Shown: positions 39,854 to 50,269 of the stretch, piece after piece
Position numbering within the stretch: position 1 is the stretch's first letter
How the letters are laid out: each line of letters begins with the position of its first letter
DNA from: an uncultured bacterium
GTDB taxonomy: Bacteria; Babelota; Babeliae; Babelales; Vermiphilaceae
Assembly (NCBI GenBank): GCA_963840685.1
Contig: CAWIZM010000001.1
Coordinates: 752,286 to 816,285, forward strand
Length of the DNA: 64,000 nucleotides
Direction: 5' to 3'
The notes under the pieces: generated by a model
Databases searched by the model: none
What the model saw: only the letters and a program-made list of their open reading frames with translations
Told to the model about the DNA's origin: nothing
Translations under genes and position numbers: made by a program

Positions 39854-41638
39854 ATGCAATTCAAACGAACGATAGGCTGTGGATTAGTTAATAAAGCATT
39901 GCTTGGCAAGCAAATTTGCCTCAATGGATGGGTGAACAAGCGCCGAGATCATGGTGGGTTAATATTCATCGATTTACGTGATCGCACCGGCATCATGCAA
40001 CTCGTTATCAATCCAGAGTTTAATAAAGAAGTTCATACCAAAGCGCATAGTCTCCGTTCTGAATATGTGATCGCAGTACATGGCACCGTGGTTGATCGTA
40101 CTCCAGAAACAATCAATAAAGAATTGGCAACGGGTGTCTGGGAACTGCAAGTTACTGAAATCCAGATATTAAATCCTGCAAAATCATTACCATTCTCACT
40201 TGAAGAAGCATCCAATGTTGAAGAAGAACTACGCTTAAAATATCGTTACCTTGATTTGCGTCGCCCTGAGATGCGCGAGCATTTTGTATTGCGTAATAAC
40301 ATCATCTTTGCCATGCGTGAGTTTTTACAACAAGAAACTTTTTATGAAATTGAAACACCAATTTTGACCAAAAACTCTCCTGAAGGGGCACGTGAATTTT
40401 TAGTTCCATCACGCATGCATCCCGGTTCATTTTATGCGTTACCACAATCACCACAGCTGTATAAACAGCTTTTGATGGCTGGTGGCATGGAACGGTACTT
40501 CCAGATTGCACGCTGTTTTCGTGATGAAGATTTACGCGCAGACCGTCAACCAGAATTTACACAGCTTGACGTTGAAATGTCATTCATAGAAGAACTTGAT
40601 GTGCAGAATCTTATCGAACGTATGCTCAACTATGTGCTCAAAAAAGTAATGAATATTGATATACCGTTACCCATTAAGCGCATCACCTATGATGAAGCTT
40701 TTTATCGGTATGGATCAGATAAACCAGATTTACGTTTTAATTTAGAAATCAAAGAAATATCTTCTGTGCTTGCCGATACTGAACTTAAATTTTTACGCGC
40801 AGCACTTGATAAAGGTGGCAAGCTTGGCGCTCTTCACGTCGCTGGACATGAATTTACACGGTCTGAGCTTGAAGGTTGGGTTGAGCGGGCACAAAAGTTA
40901 GGTGCATCAGGATTATTGTGGATGCGCATTAAAGATGAAAATACTATCGAATCCCCGGTGTCCAAATTTTTGCCAGCAGATTTTGTTGCGCAAGTACGTA
41001 CAATTATTCCTGACATTGCACCAGGAAGCGTACTCTTCTGCGTTGCAGGTAATTTTAAACACGCATGGGAAACACTTGGCAGGTTACGTTTAGAACTAGC
41101 GCATACGCTCAATATGATTCCTAAGAATGAGCTCAACTTCTGTTGGGTTACTGACTTTCCTTTATTTGAATATGATGAACAAACTAAGCGCTATAACGCG
41201 ATGCATCACCCATTCACCAGCCCACAACAAGGGTGGGAAAACATGGACCCTGCTCAGATGAAAGCACGAGCATATGATATTGTGCTGAATGGCATAGAGC
41301 TTGGTGGAGGTTCAATTCGAATTCACAACAGAGCGGTACAAGCACAGGTATTTGATCTGCTTGGGTTAACCAAAGAACAGACACAAGATAAATTTGGCTT
41401 TTTGCTTGAAGCACAAGAACTTGGTTTTCCGCCCCATGGCGGTATTGCGCTTGGCCTTGATCGTTTTATTATGTTGCTTACCAATTCAACTTCAATACGT
41501 GACGTGATTGCGTTTCCAAAGACACAACGTGGAATTGACCCTATGATGGAAGCACCAACCAAGGTTAAACAAGAGCAGTTGGTTGAGTATGGCTTGCGGT
41601 TTACTCCTGCGGTTGCGCAGCAACAAGGTGAAAAATAA
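39854..41638 (+). CDS. aspS: Aspartyl-tRNA synthetase
   Basis: Class II aaRS motifs ([30 protein letters not shown]). Confidence 0.92.
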   Translation: MQFKRTIGCGLVNKALLGKQICLNGWVNKRRDHGGLIFIDLRDRTGIMQLVINPEFNKEVHTKAHSLRSEYVIAVHGTVVDRTPETINKELATGVWELQVTEIQILNPAKSLPFSLEEASNVEEELRLKYRYLDLRRPEMREHFVLRNNIIFAMREFLQQETFYEIETPILTKNSPEGAREFLVPSRMHPGSFYALPQSPQLYKQLLMAGGMERYFQIARCFRDEDLRADRQPEFTQLDVEMSFIEELDVQNLIERMLNYVLKKVMNIDIPLPIKRITYDEAFYRYGSDKPDLRFNLEIKEISSVLADTELKFLRAALDKGGKLGALHVAGHEFTRSELEGWVERAQKLGASGLLWMRIKDENTIESPVSKFLPADFVAQVRTIIPDIAPGSVLFCVAGNFKHAWETLGRLRLELAHTLNMIPKNELNFCWVTDFPLFEYDEQTKRYNAMHHPFTSPQQGWENMDPAQMKARAYDIVLNGIELGGGSIRIHNRAVQAQVFDLLGLTKEQTQDKFGFLLEAQELGFPPHGGIALGLDRFIMLLTNSTSIRDVIAFPKTQRGIDPMMEAPTKVKQEQLVEYGLRFTPAVAQQQGEK

Positions 41639-41639
41639 A

Positions 41640-41770
41640 TAAGTGCTGAGAATGGCTGCATTCTTTGTCTTCGGTGACATTGATGCGGCCTGTCCTTCGT
41701 AGCCTTGCCGTGCCCGCCATAGCTTTTAGCGAAGGCTGGGGCGAAGTAGGGCCAGTTTTGTTTTCAAGCT
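41640..41770. repeat. GC-rich palindromic repeat element
   Basis: gccgtgcccgccatagcttttagcgaaggctgggg shared with 61125..61235 and the reverse complement of 19195..19235. Confidence 0.7.
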
Positions 41771-41869
41771 GAATTTGTCGATCAAAATAAGGCCTTATTT
41801 TGTTGTTTTTTCTACTTTAGGCTATATACTGGAAAAGTAACTATATAACGCTATTTCATGGATTAGGAA

Positions 41870-42547
41870 ATGGGAAAAAGTCAGATGAAAATTACAAAAA
41901 TATGTGCGAGTATTGTTTTGATGAGCAGTATGCTGCTTCAGGCTATGTCGTTACAAAAAAATAATGTAGAAATTAAACTGGTAGATGCTACCGCAACACC
42001 AGACAAGGTCTTGTTTTATGGGTCATCTCCCATTTTGGCAAGCAAATTTACGTGTGCTGGTTTACGCCCTATACAGATTTTGATACACAATAACGGTGAT
42101 GAACCGATAGTTATATCGGCACAATCGGTCGGTGAACAGCAACCTGATATCAAAGAAATTATGGAGTTATTTCAGATAAGAGAGACAGTTGGCGCATTAG
42201 TGGTCTTAACTTTGTGTGGATATGTTACCGGATTTGTTAATATTTTTGAACGCAAAGATGCACATGCGAGATGGTATCCGTTGAGTATTGGTTGTTGTGC
42301 AGGGTCCTTAAGTTTGGCGTATGTGGCGTGGCAATTTGCTTGCGACAGCAATACACTCATTGCTCCAATGATAAAAAAACATATATTGTCTTCACGTATG
42401 GTGATACCTGCAAGAGCCAAGCGTGAAACTATAGTTTTAATTGACACAAGTATTTCTGTTAACAGATGCTTTTTTGATGTATTTAATTTGGAAGGCGCCG
42501 TTGTGGCAACCTTTGATGCTACATTTGTTGAAGGAGCAAAGGTATGA
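41870..42547 (+). CDS. Membrane protein family member M1 (signal peptide, 2 TM, conserved C-terminal domain)
   Basis: Paralogous to 42544..43272 and 57551..58225: shared HP(I/V)(R/K).(I/K)IHN, two central TM helices, C-terminal ...F.FRVF... block. Confidence 0.5.
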   Translation: MGKSQMKITKICASIVLMSSMLLQAMSLQKNNVEIKLVDATATPDKVLFYGSSPILASKFTCAGLRPIQILIHNNGDEPIVISAQSVGEQQPDIKEIMELFQIRETVGALVVLTLCGYVTGFVNIFERKDAHARWYPLSIGCCAGSLSLAYVAWQFACDSNTLIAPMIKKHILSSRMVIPARAKRETIVLIDTSISVNRCFFDVFNLEGAVVATFDATFVEGAKV

Positions 42548-43272
42548 TTTGTCGTATAAAAAAACAGACTATTCTTTTTGGTATCATGTTATGTGCTTTA
42601 TCTGCACAATTGTTTTGTGCTGAAAAAATTACCTTCTCAGCAGAGCAAAATGGTATCAGCCTTGCCGTAGTGGATTGTACAATAAATCCTCCTTTCTACT
42701 TCAAACAATTTAATACTGGTACACCTCTTGTTCCTGGATTGGGAGTACAAGAATTTACGGAAAAAGGCATGCATCCAATTCGCATTATCATCCATAACAC
42801 GAGTGCAAAACCAGTTGTTATCGCACAAAATTCATTCCGTATGAAGCTTGCTGATTTGACAAGACTTGATCAATTTTTTTCAGCTGGAGATGGGATAGCA
42901 TTATCGTTTTTTATTGGTGTGTATGGTGGTATGTTTGGTGGTTTCTTAGCGCTTCGAGAAGGTGAGGACCCGGGGAGATGGAGATATTTGCCTTTTTCGT
43001 TGTCAAATTATCCCGTAACTTGTAGTTGGTGTACTGCGATGATAGGGTTGTCAATATATGGGTCGATGTCTTTGTATCAGGAAAAACTAAAAAAAATACA
43101 AAAACTTGAAAAATATTTCTTGAATAAACCAATCATCATAGAACCAGGTAAAATGGTACAAAAACTTGTCTTATTGGATGGTGCATCATTCCATTCGTTT
43201 TTCCAATTTCGTGTATTCAACTATGACCAAACCGAATATGCTGCAACCTTTGATATTGAATTGATGGCGTAA
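42544..43272 (+). CDS. Membrane protein family member M2 (ATGA start/stop overlap with M1)
   Basis: Same architecture; 4-bp overlap suggests translational coupling. Confidence 0.5.
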   Translation: MICRIKKQTILFGIMLCALSAQLFCAEKITFSAEQNGISLAVVDCTINPPFYFKQFNTGTPLVPGLGVQEFTEKGMHPIRIIIHNTSAKPVVIAQNSFRMKLADLTRLDQFFSAGDGIALSFFIGVYGGMFGGFLALREGEDPGRWRYLPFSLSNYPVTCSWCTAMIGLSIYGSMSLYQEKLKKIQKLEKYFLNKPIIIEPGKMVQKLVLLDGASFHSFFQFRVFNYDQTEYAATFDIELMA

Positions 43273-43484
43273 CACAGTATCGTGTATTCATTTCGTTAAA
43301 AAAATAATTTTTAATTATCTCGATTATCTACCTTTTTCTCTTGCTTGTGCAAACTTCCTTTCTACGCAAAGATGCATCCATGCTATACTGATGCTAATTT
43401 GATATTGATCGATAGAGTTGCTATTGATTGATAGAAAAAATAGAAAAATACAGTATCACTTATGCCTATTACCAAGGAACTACT

Positions 43485-43784
43485 ATGTCCCATGGCATTG
43501 ACGAAAACTCAAAGCAAAAAATTATTGCCGTTATCTCAGCACTTCTCCCAGAAGCAACCATATATCTTTTTGGATCTCGCGCGCGTGGTACGCAGTCACA
43601 ATGGTCTGATATTGATATTGCACTCGATGCAGGTAAAAAATTATCACGTTATGATATTGGAGAAATAGTAAGCATGTTTGAAGCAAGCAGTATGCCGTAT
43701 CGAGTTGAAATTGTGGATTTTCATGCAGTTTCACCTGACATGCAAAAGTCAATAACAGATGAGGGTATTGTATGGAAGAAATAA
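43485..43784 (+). CDS. Minimal nucleotidyltransferase (MNT) antitoxin-like protein
   Basis: LFGSRARGT....SDIDIAL polymerase-beta-type NTase motif; aaggaac RBS. Confidence 0.75.
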   Translation: MSHGIDENSKQKIIAVISALLPEATIYLFGSRARGTQSQWSDIDIALDAGKKLSRYDIGEIVSMFEASSMPYRVEIVDFHAVSPDMQKSITDEGIVWKK

Positions 43785-44185
43785 CAAAACGTTATGATAT
43801 AATGCTGCAAGCGCTTGTTACGTTGAAAAGATCCCTTGATGTTATTCGTACAAGAAAATTATCAGAGGAAGATTATCAGATGATGCGTGATTCGGTAATA
43901 AAACGCTTTGAATATTCTATAGATACATTCTGGAAATTTTTAAAGCTTTACTTACAAGAGCATTTGCAAGTGATACTTGAGTCATTGTCTCCACGCCCTA
44001 TTCTTCGCAAAGCACTTGAAGCAAATCTAATGTCAATACAAGAATATGAGATAATCTCGGAAGGTATTATTAACCGTAATGAAACCTCGCACTCATACAA
44101 TGAGAAACTAGCTGAAGAAATAGTTCATGATATACCAGAGTTTTATGAAGCTATGTATACCATTATAAAACGAATTAAGTTTTGA
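43772..44185 (+). CDS. HEPN-domain protein (HI0074-like nucleotidyltransferase substrate-binding partner)
   Basis: Overlaps the MNT stop; typical size and helical pattern of the MNT partner. Confidence 0.65.
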   Translation: MEEITKRYDIMLQALVTLKRSLDVIRTRKLSEEDYQMMRDSVIKRFEYSIDTFWKFLKLYLQEHLQVILESLSPRPILRKALEANLMSIQEYEIISEGIINRNETSHSYNEKLAEEIVHDIPEFYEAMYTIIKRIKF

Positions 44186-44216
44186 TTGATTCGCATAAAA
44201 AAAGGAAAGTAGAAAC

Positions 44217-45473
44217 ATGAAAATTGAAAAAATATGTGCGCGTGAAATTTTTGATTCCCGTGGATATCCCACAATTGCCTGTGATCTTATGCTCAATGAT
44301 GGTTCTTGGCACACCGCATCAGTTCCGTCTGGTGCATCCAAGGGATCACATGAAGCGGTTGAGCTGCGTGATGGCGGAGATCGTTTACTCGGTAAAGGTG
44401 TACGTAAAAACGTCGAAATTATTGAGCGCATAATCGCACCGATTTTAATTGGTAAAGAACCAATGTTGGTCAATATGGATGCTGCAATGTTGGAGCTTGA
44501 TGGTACTGATAACCGTTCACGTCTTGGTGCAAATACCATTTTGGCAGTAAGCATGGCAATCTGCAGAGCGCAAGCAGCAGTAGAAATGATGAGCTTGTAT
44601 GAATTTATACCGTATATTTGTCAGCTTGATGTGGTGGCTATGCCAATACCCATGATCAACATTCTTAACGGTGGTGTACATGCAGACACTGGTCTTTCGA
44701 TACAAGAATTTATGGTAGTGCCAGAAGAAATGGATACGTTTGCAGAGGCTATGGAATTTGGGGTTACTGCGTTTCATGAACTTAAAAAATTATTACATGC
44801 AAATGGCAAATCAACGTTGGTTGGTGATGAAGGTGGTTTTGCGCCCATCGTGAGTAGTACTCAGGAAGCACTTGACTATGTCCAAGAAGCAATCACGCAA
44901 GCAAAAAAATATTGCAAAGGTAATGCTACCATAGCGCTTGATGTTGCCGCGTCACAATTATATAATCCAACGACCCAACGGTATACCATTGATGGACACC
45001 CACTTACTACCAATGAACTGCTTGCATGGTACTTGCAACTAACGGAACAATATCCAATCTCTTCAATTGAAGATGGATTGCATGACAATGATTGGACTGG
45101 ATGGGAACGTATGGTTGAACTTCTTGGGGACAAAATTCTTGTGGTGGGAGATGATCTATTCGCTACAAATTCTGAACGTATTTGGGCCGGCATTGAACGT
45201 AATGCAGCAAATGCAGTGCTCATCAAGCCAAATCAGATTGGCACGGTCACAGAGACTCTACAGGCGCTTAAGCTGTGTGAAGAAAATGGAGTACCGGTTG
45301 TTGTGTCTCATCGTTCTGGTGAAACAAATGATTCATTTATTGCTGATCTTGCGGTTGGCGTAAGCGCGCAGTATATCAAAGCTGGCGGTTGTTCACGTGG
45401 TGAACGGCTGGCAAAGTATAACCGCTTACTTGAGATTGAGCAGGAACTGTTTTCTGAGTGCGAGAAGTTGTAA
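44217..45473 (+). CDS. eno: Enolase
   Basis: SRGYPT, SHRSGETND, IKPNQIGT motifs. Confidence 0.92.
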   Translation: MKIEKICAREIFDSRGYPTIACDLMLNDGSWHTASVPSGASKGSHEAVELRDGGDRLLGKGVRKNVEIIERIIAPILIGKEPMLVNMDAAMLELDGTDNRSRLGANTILAVSMAICRAQAAVEMMSLYEFIPYICQLDVVAMPIPMINILNGGVHADTGLSIQEFMVVPEEMDTFAEAMEFGVTAFHELKKLLHANGKSTLVGDEGGFAPIVSSTQEALDYVQEAITQAKKYCKGNATIALDVAASQLYNPTTQRYTIDGHPLTTNELLAWYLQLTEQYPISSIEDGLHDNDWTGWERMVELLGDKILVVGDDLFATNSERIWAGIERNAANAVLIKPNQIGTVTETLQALKLCEENGVPVVVSHRSGETNDSFIADLAVGVSAQYIKAGGCSRGERLAKYNRLLEIEQELFSECEKL

Positions 45474-45477
45474 ATAA

Positions 45478-45504
45478 AAAAAGCCCGTCCGCGAACGGGC
45501 TTTC
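45478..45504 (+). terminator. Terminator hairpin after eno
   Basis: aaagcccgtccgcgaacgggcttt. Confidence 0.5.
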
Positions 45505-45570
45505 ATGATTTCATCCGATACGATTATTTGAAGTTTACTGTACGCTTAGAAATTACTCATGATATTATTT

Positions 45571-48064
45571 TTACGCAACAGGTGCTGTTTTCTGATTGCG
45601 ATAAGTTGTAAGCAGAGGATTTGCTTCACCCATTTGAACAACATCTTTCAGTTGTTGCGCACGACCTTCTGATTTTTTATCAGTATTGTCTACAACAATT
45701 TTTTTCCTGCGTTCTCGTTTTTGCTGTTTTCTGCCTGGTGCTTTATGCCGTGATTCTTCTCTGTTTAATGTTTCATCATCCTTGACAAATTCATCCATAG
45801 CTTCTGCTGCTTCAATATTATTTTTAAAGAAGAATCGTGTTACTGGATCTTTGAGCGAATCAAACAATGAGCCTTCCACAGCATATTGTTTAGCAAGACC
45901 TATGTAATCTTTCGCATGTTGATGTATGCCGCCACGTAAGTTAGGCATAATAATGGTTGGTGAAATAAATACGGTTAAATTGTCTTTGCTGTTATCAGAG
46001 CTTCTATTTTTAAAGAACCATCCAAGAATTGGTATTTTTGAAAGTAGTGGAGTTTCATTTTCCGCATCATCATTTTCGGTACTTATCAGACCACCAAGTG
46101 CTAAAATACTTTTATTTCTTATATTTGCGTTGGTATGTACTTCGCGTGTATTTATAGTGTTTATAAATCCAGGCGTATTTGTGGCAAATGTATTGATTTC
46201 TATATCTACATTGAGGTTAATAATATTATCTGGGCTAATGCGTGGCGTAATTTTTACTTTAAGTGATGCTTCAATTGGGTCTTGTTTAATATTTGCGGCC
46301 TGCGTACCTAATGATGCTTCGCCAAGTACGAGCCGTGTTGTACCAACTTTAATAGATGCCTGTTTATTATCAATAGAAACCACGTGAGGATGAGAGATAA
46401 TTTTTGTAGCGTTAAAAGAACGCAACACTTGAAGTAGACTCCATGTCTCGCCATCTTTATCGTTAAATGAAATTATTGCGCTACCTTGTGGTGCCAAGCC
46501 GGCGATATTAGAGACTGTGGGAGGGGATTAGGATTGTTCAACGTATTGTGCAAGCAGATTACCCGCTATGGTTCCTGGGAATATAGATGTATCAACAATT
46601 GGTGGTACTAATTGCGCTGACTGAATATTGATTTGACTTGGCAAGCATGAGTTGAGATTACGTGTTTGTTGGCCAAGTTGGCGAAGATCATCAATACTGA
46701 CGTCAGCAATGAGTACTTCGATAAATACCTGAGGGAATGGTTTGTCCAACTGTTCAAGGAGATGCTTGATACGCTTCCAATCATCATTACGTGCAGCAAT
46801 AATCAGTCTATTGCCACCTGAATACTGATATTTAGCGCTACCTTTTTCACCCGGTGCTGCCGGAGCGCTGGGTTGATCACCTTCGGGAATGTCTGACTTA
46901 ATAATCACCGTGTCAAAAAAGCGTTCTGGTCCTCCACCAGCTCCTCTTTCTGACTTGCTTTGTCCGGTTACCCGCAGCATCCTTTGATCCTATAACGCTT
47001 TCCAAAACAGGAACTATTTTTTGAGCATCCAGGTAGAGCAATGTATAGACATGCAGTACTGATTTACCTGAATCAGGTTCAAGATCGATATAGGTCTCAA
47101 TAAAATCTTTAATTCTATCGACTGCTTGTGAACGTCCAACGACAATTAATGAATTAGTACGCCCTTCATCAATAATGCGGGTATTTGGTGCAAAATAGGT
47201 TTCACCCGGTTTGCGCGCATCGTTACGCATATGTGGTCCAGTAGGCAGTGCAGCTTTAAGAAGACCTTCAGTGAATAAATTTTTAATATCCTTTGCGGTA
47301 GTATGTTTTAATTTAACGATTTCCATTTTTTCATGGAAACCACCTTTGTCCAGTTGTTTGACAATAGCCATAGCACCCTTGATGGTGTCGGCTTTACCAA
47401 CTAAAATTAATGCATTGGCATTAGCATCTGTAAAAAAGGCAGTAGCGCCAGGAGCATTTGACGGAGTAGTAGATGGTCCAGAAAAAATATGATTGAGTAC
47501 TGCGGTGAGTTCATTATCCTGTGAACCAGCACCCGGAGCGGTAGGAACTTTCATATTGCTCAAATAATGTACATACCGAATACGTACGTCACCATCGGGT
47601 AAATCATCAAATGCGGTACCTATAAAAGTTGGCATTGGTTCAGAAATAATGCCTGGCGATGTTTCAGGGATGCGTATGATGGCAAACATGTCACCTTGTG
47701 GTTTAATGGCGTACCCTGCAACGTCAAGAATGGTATACAAGAGATTCCATGCCTCATCAACAGTCATTTTTTCTTCTACATAAAACGTAAGTTTGGCTGT
47801 CTAATTCGGACAATAGGTGGTTTTTGGGGAAGCACAATATTGATATCTCTTTTCTGCTGCGATCAGATTAATGACATCAACCAAATCCTTGTTTTGAAAT
47901 TGGAACAGGAATGTTTTTTTGTTAGCTAATCGTCCATGGTCGATTGTATTTTTTGAAGCGTTTATTGTGGTATCGCTTTGTTCTTGGATTATAGGTTCTT
48001 CAGCTGCATGCAATAGGTTGCTGGCGATAAGGAGATTACATACTATTATTATTACTCTATTCAT
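45571..48064 (-). pseudogene. Second secretin (GspD/PilQ-like) gene fragmented into four ORFs (47801..48064 signal+N0 start, 46913..47767 N domains, 46528..46980, 45571..46497 secretin C-domain)
   Basis: Collinear secretin homology across the four ORFs in different frames; paralogous to the intact upstream secretin. Confidence 0.65.
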
Positions 48065-48082
48065 ACGTATAGCTCCATTGAT

Positions 48083-48637
48083 CTATGATGTTTTTGGCTT
48101 TTTAATAAGCGTTCCAATGGTCAGTTTTACTTCAATTTTTGGTTGCTTTGGTATTTTGGTAATTTCAAGTGACTTGGTATAAATACGCTTATTAAGGCTC
48201 ATCTCTTCAAGCAACCTAGTAAGCTGTTGCATATCCATTTGTGGAAACTCAACATTCAATTCACTTTCTGTGTAACGGTCATCAAGTTGGGTATCTTTTG
48301 GTTGTCTATCATGTTTAACATTTTTGATGCCAAGTTTATTAGTGAGCTTTTGAAAATATTCAATGAGATAAAATGGTTCTTTTTCATCGAGTATGCGGTC
48401 AATTGATTTGCGTTGTTCTTCTACCGAACGTAATTTTGTAAGCACACTTTGTACTTTTTCTCGGTCTTCATTAACCTGTTCAAGCTTTTCATACAATGCG
48501 GTGATATTGCGGTAATAACGAAATGCAATAACACCTGCAAGCAGGAGTATACCGCCTAAAATAATGCCGAGATATTTATAAAAAGTCTTTATTTCAAGAT
48601 TTTCAATAAAAGCACTTACTTTGTCCAATGCTTCCAT
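48083..48637 (-). CDS. GspM/PilO-like bitopic inner-membrane protein
   Basis: Single N-terminal TM, periplasmic coiled coil; position downstream of the gspL-like gene. Confidence 0.45.
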   Translation of the reverse strand: MEALDKVSAFIENLEIKTFYKYLGIILGGILLLAGVIAFRYYRNITALYEKLEQVNEDREKVQSVLTKLRSVEEQRKSIDRILDEKEPFYLIEYFQKLTNKLGIKNVKHDRQPKDTQLDDRYTESELNVEFPQMDMQQLTRLLEEMSLNKRIYTKSLEITKIPKQPKIEVKLTIGTLIKKPKTS

Positions 48638-48730
48638 TATTTTCCTTTGCTTGTAGGTGCTAGTATAATTTTTAGCGCATCAAATTTGATGTCTCGTTGC
48701 GGTTCTGGTAGACGGAATAGTTTTGACTGT

Positions 48731-50269
48731 TCAAGTTCGCGCACAAGCGTAGTGAGTGCAGGAAAATCTTTTACGCGACCTTTTAATGTCATAGTCGCCA
48801 TCGGTTATAGTAATTTTTTCTAAAGCGAGCTCAAGCGATTCTTTATCAATGCGACTGGTTAATTCAAGTAAATATTTTAAGAACAAAGCAGGAGACTGGC
48901 TTGAAAATGCGAACCATGTTTTTTCTTCCCGTGTAAGTTCTTCTTGTGCTTTTTGTAGAGCTTCTTCAAGCTCATTGGTATCTTCTGGTATCGAATTTTT
49001 GAACTTTTCCCTGAGTACCTCAACGGCTTGTTCTTCAGAACTTGCTATCTCTTTTTCCAAGCGACTTGTTTGTAGATAACTGTAGGTAACCAAGGTACCA
49101 AGCAAAAGTAATATGAGTACCATCATAGTTATACATTGCGTATACAGCAGGGCACGATTAGATGCGGCTAACTCTCCCTTGCGCAGATTGAACAGTTCAG
49201 TCAAAGGCAGTGGTAATGCAATAGCAGTACTCATGATGCAACTTTGCGGTAGCACCTGTTTATTTTTAATGTGTACGTGCGGAATAGTGTTTATTTTTTG
49301 TGGTTCAAAAATTTCACACGGTATGGTAATTAATTCCGAAACAAAAGGACATAATCCCTTCAGTTGTGCGCCAGGTCCGAGCAGTACTAATTTTTTGATA
49401 GCATGTTCAGGCGAGCCATGTAGCGTGAAGGAAGTAAGGGTAAAGCGTATGTCTTCCCAAAAGGCGGTACAGCTGGTGGTCATAGCATGGCCATATTCAG
49501 GCCAATCAGTCGTGCTAATGCCAAAACGCATTATGTGGTCCATTGCTTGGCCAACAGTGATGCCAAGTGCATCACCAACTGATTTTGCAAGATGTATCAT
49601 GCCTTTAGAGAGTGTACGGATTAAACGTAGTTGTCCATTGTCAATGTAGGTAATGCGTGTCGCGCTCAGTCCAAGATCAATCAATGCAATGGTTGCATGA
49701 GATTGTTCATATTCAGGAATAGCTTGGTACAACGCATAGAGAGAAAACAGATCAACGGTCACCACATCAGGAGTAATGCCTGCAAGAGCAAGCAGTTCCA
49801 AATGTTTGATGACATGCTGTTTTTGCACTGCAGCAACCAACACTTGTGCACTTTGATCTTCACTATTTTGTTTCGTGATAATAAAGTCTATCACTGCATC
49901 TTGCAATGAAAATGGCAGAAGCGGTTCAACTTCAAAATTAATAATGAGTTTGATTTTTTCATGCGTGGTAAACGGTAATTTGAGTTCTTTAAATACCACC
50001 ACGGAACTTGGCAATGCGGTGCGTACTTCTTGCACTTTACCTACTTGGCTCATTATTTGTTTTAATGTGGCAACAGTGCGCTCGGTATAATCGGTTGCAT
50101 TACTTGTTTCTAATCCCATTTCAATAGTTTGTTCAATGGTCAGTGAAGAGCCACTTGCGCGTACTACCGTTGCACTAATATCGGTTTTGCCGATATCAAT
50201 ACCGACAATCCGTTTGGAAAAAAGATAATGAGAACCTATTTTTTCAGGTAACAATATATTTTTGATCAT
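48731..50269 (-). CDS. GspL-like protein (PilM-type actin-like cytoplasmic domain fused to TM and a PilN-like periplasmic domain)
   Basis: IVGIDIGKTDISATVV actin-fold start; central TM LLYTQCITMMVLILLLLGTLV; 4-bp overlap with the secretin gene. Confidence 0.55.
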   Translation of the reverse strand: MIKNILLPEKIGSHYLFSKRIVGIDIGKTDISATVVRASGSSLTIEQTIEMGLETSNATDYTERTVATLKQIMSQVGKVQEVRTALPSSVVVFKELKLPFTTHEKIKLIINFEVEPLLPFSLQDAVIDFIITKQNSEDQSAQVLVAAVQKQHVIKHLELLALAGITPDVVTVDLFSLYALYQAIPEYEQSHATIALIDLGLSATRITYIDNGQLRLIRTLSKGMIHLAKSVGDALGITVGQAMDHIMRFGISTTDWPEYGHAMTTSCTAFWEDIRFTLTSFTLHGSPEHAIKKLVLLGPGAQLKGLCPFVSELITIPCEIFEPQKINTIPHVHIKNKQVLPQSCIMSTAIALPLPLTELFNLRKGELAASNRALLYTQCITMMVLILLLLGTLVTYSYLQTSRLEKEIASSEEQAVEVLREKFKNSIPEDTNELEEALQKAQEELTREEKTWFAFSSQSPALFLKYLLELTSRIDKESLELALEKITITDGDYDIKRSRKRFSCTHYACART

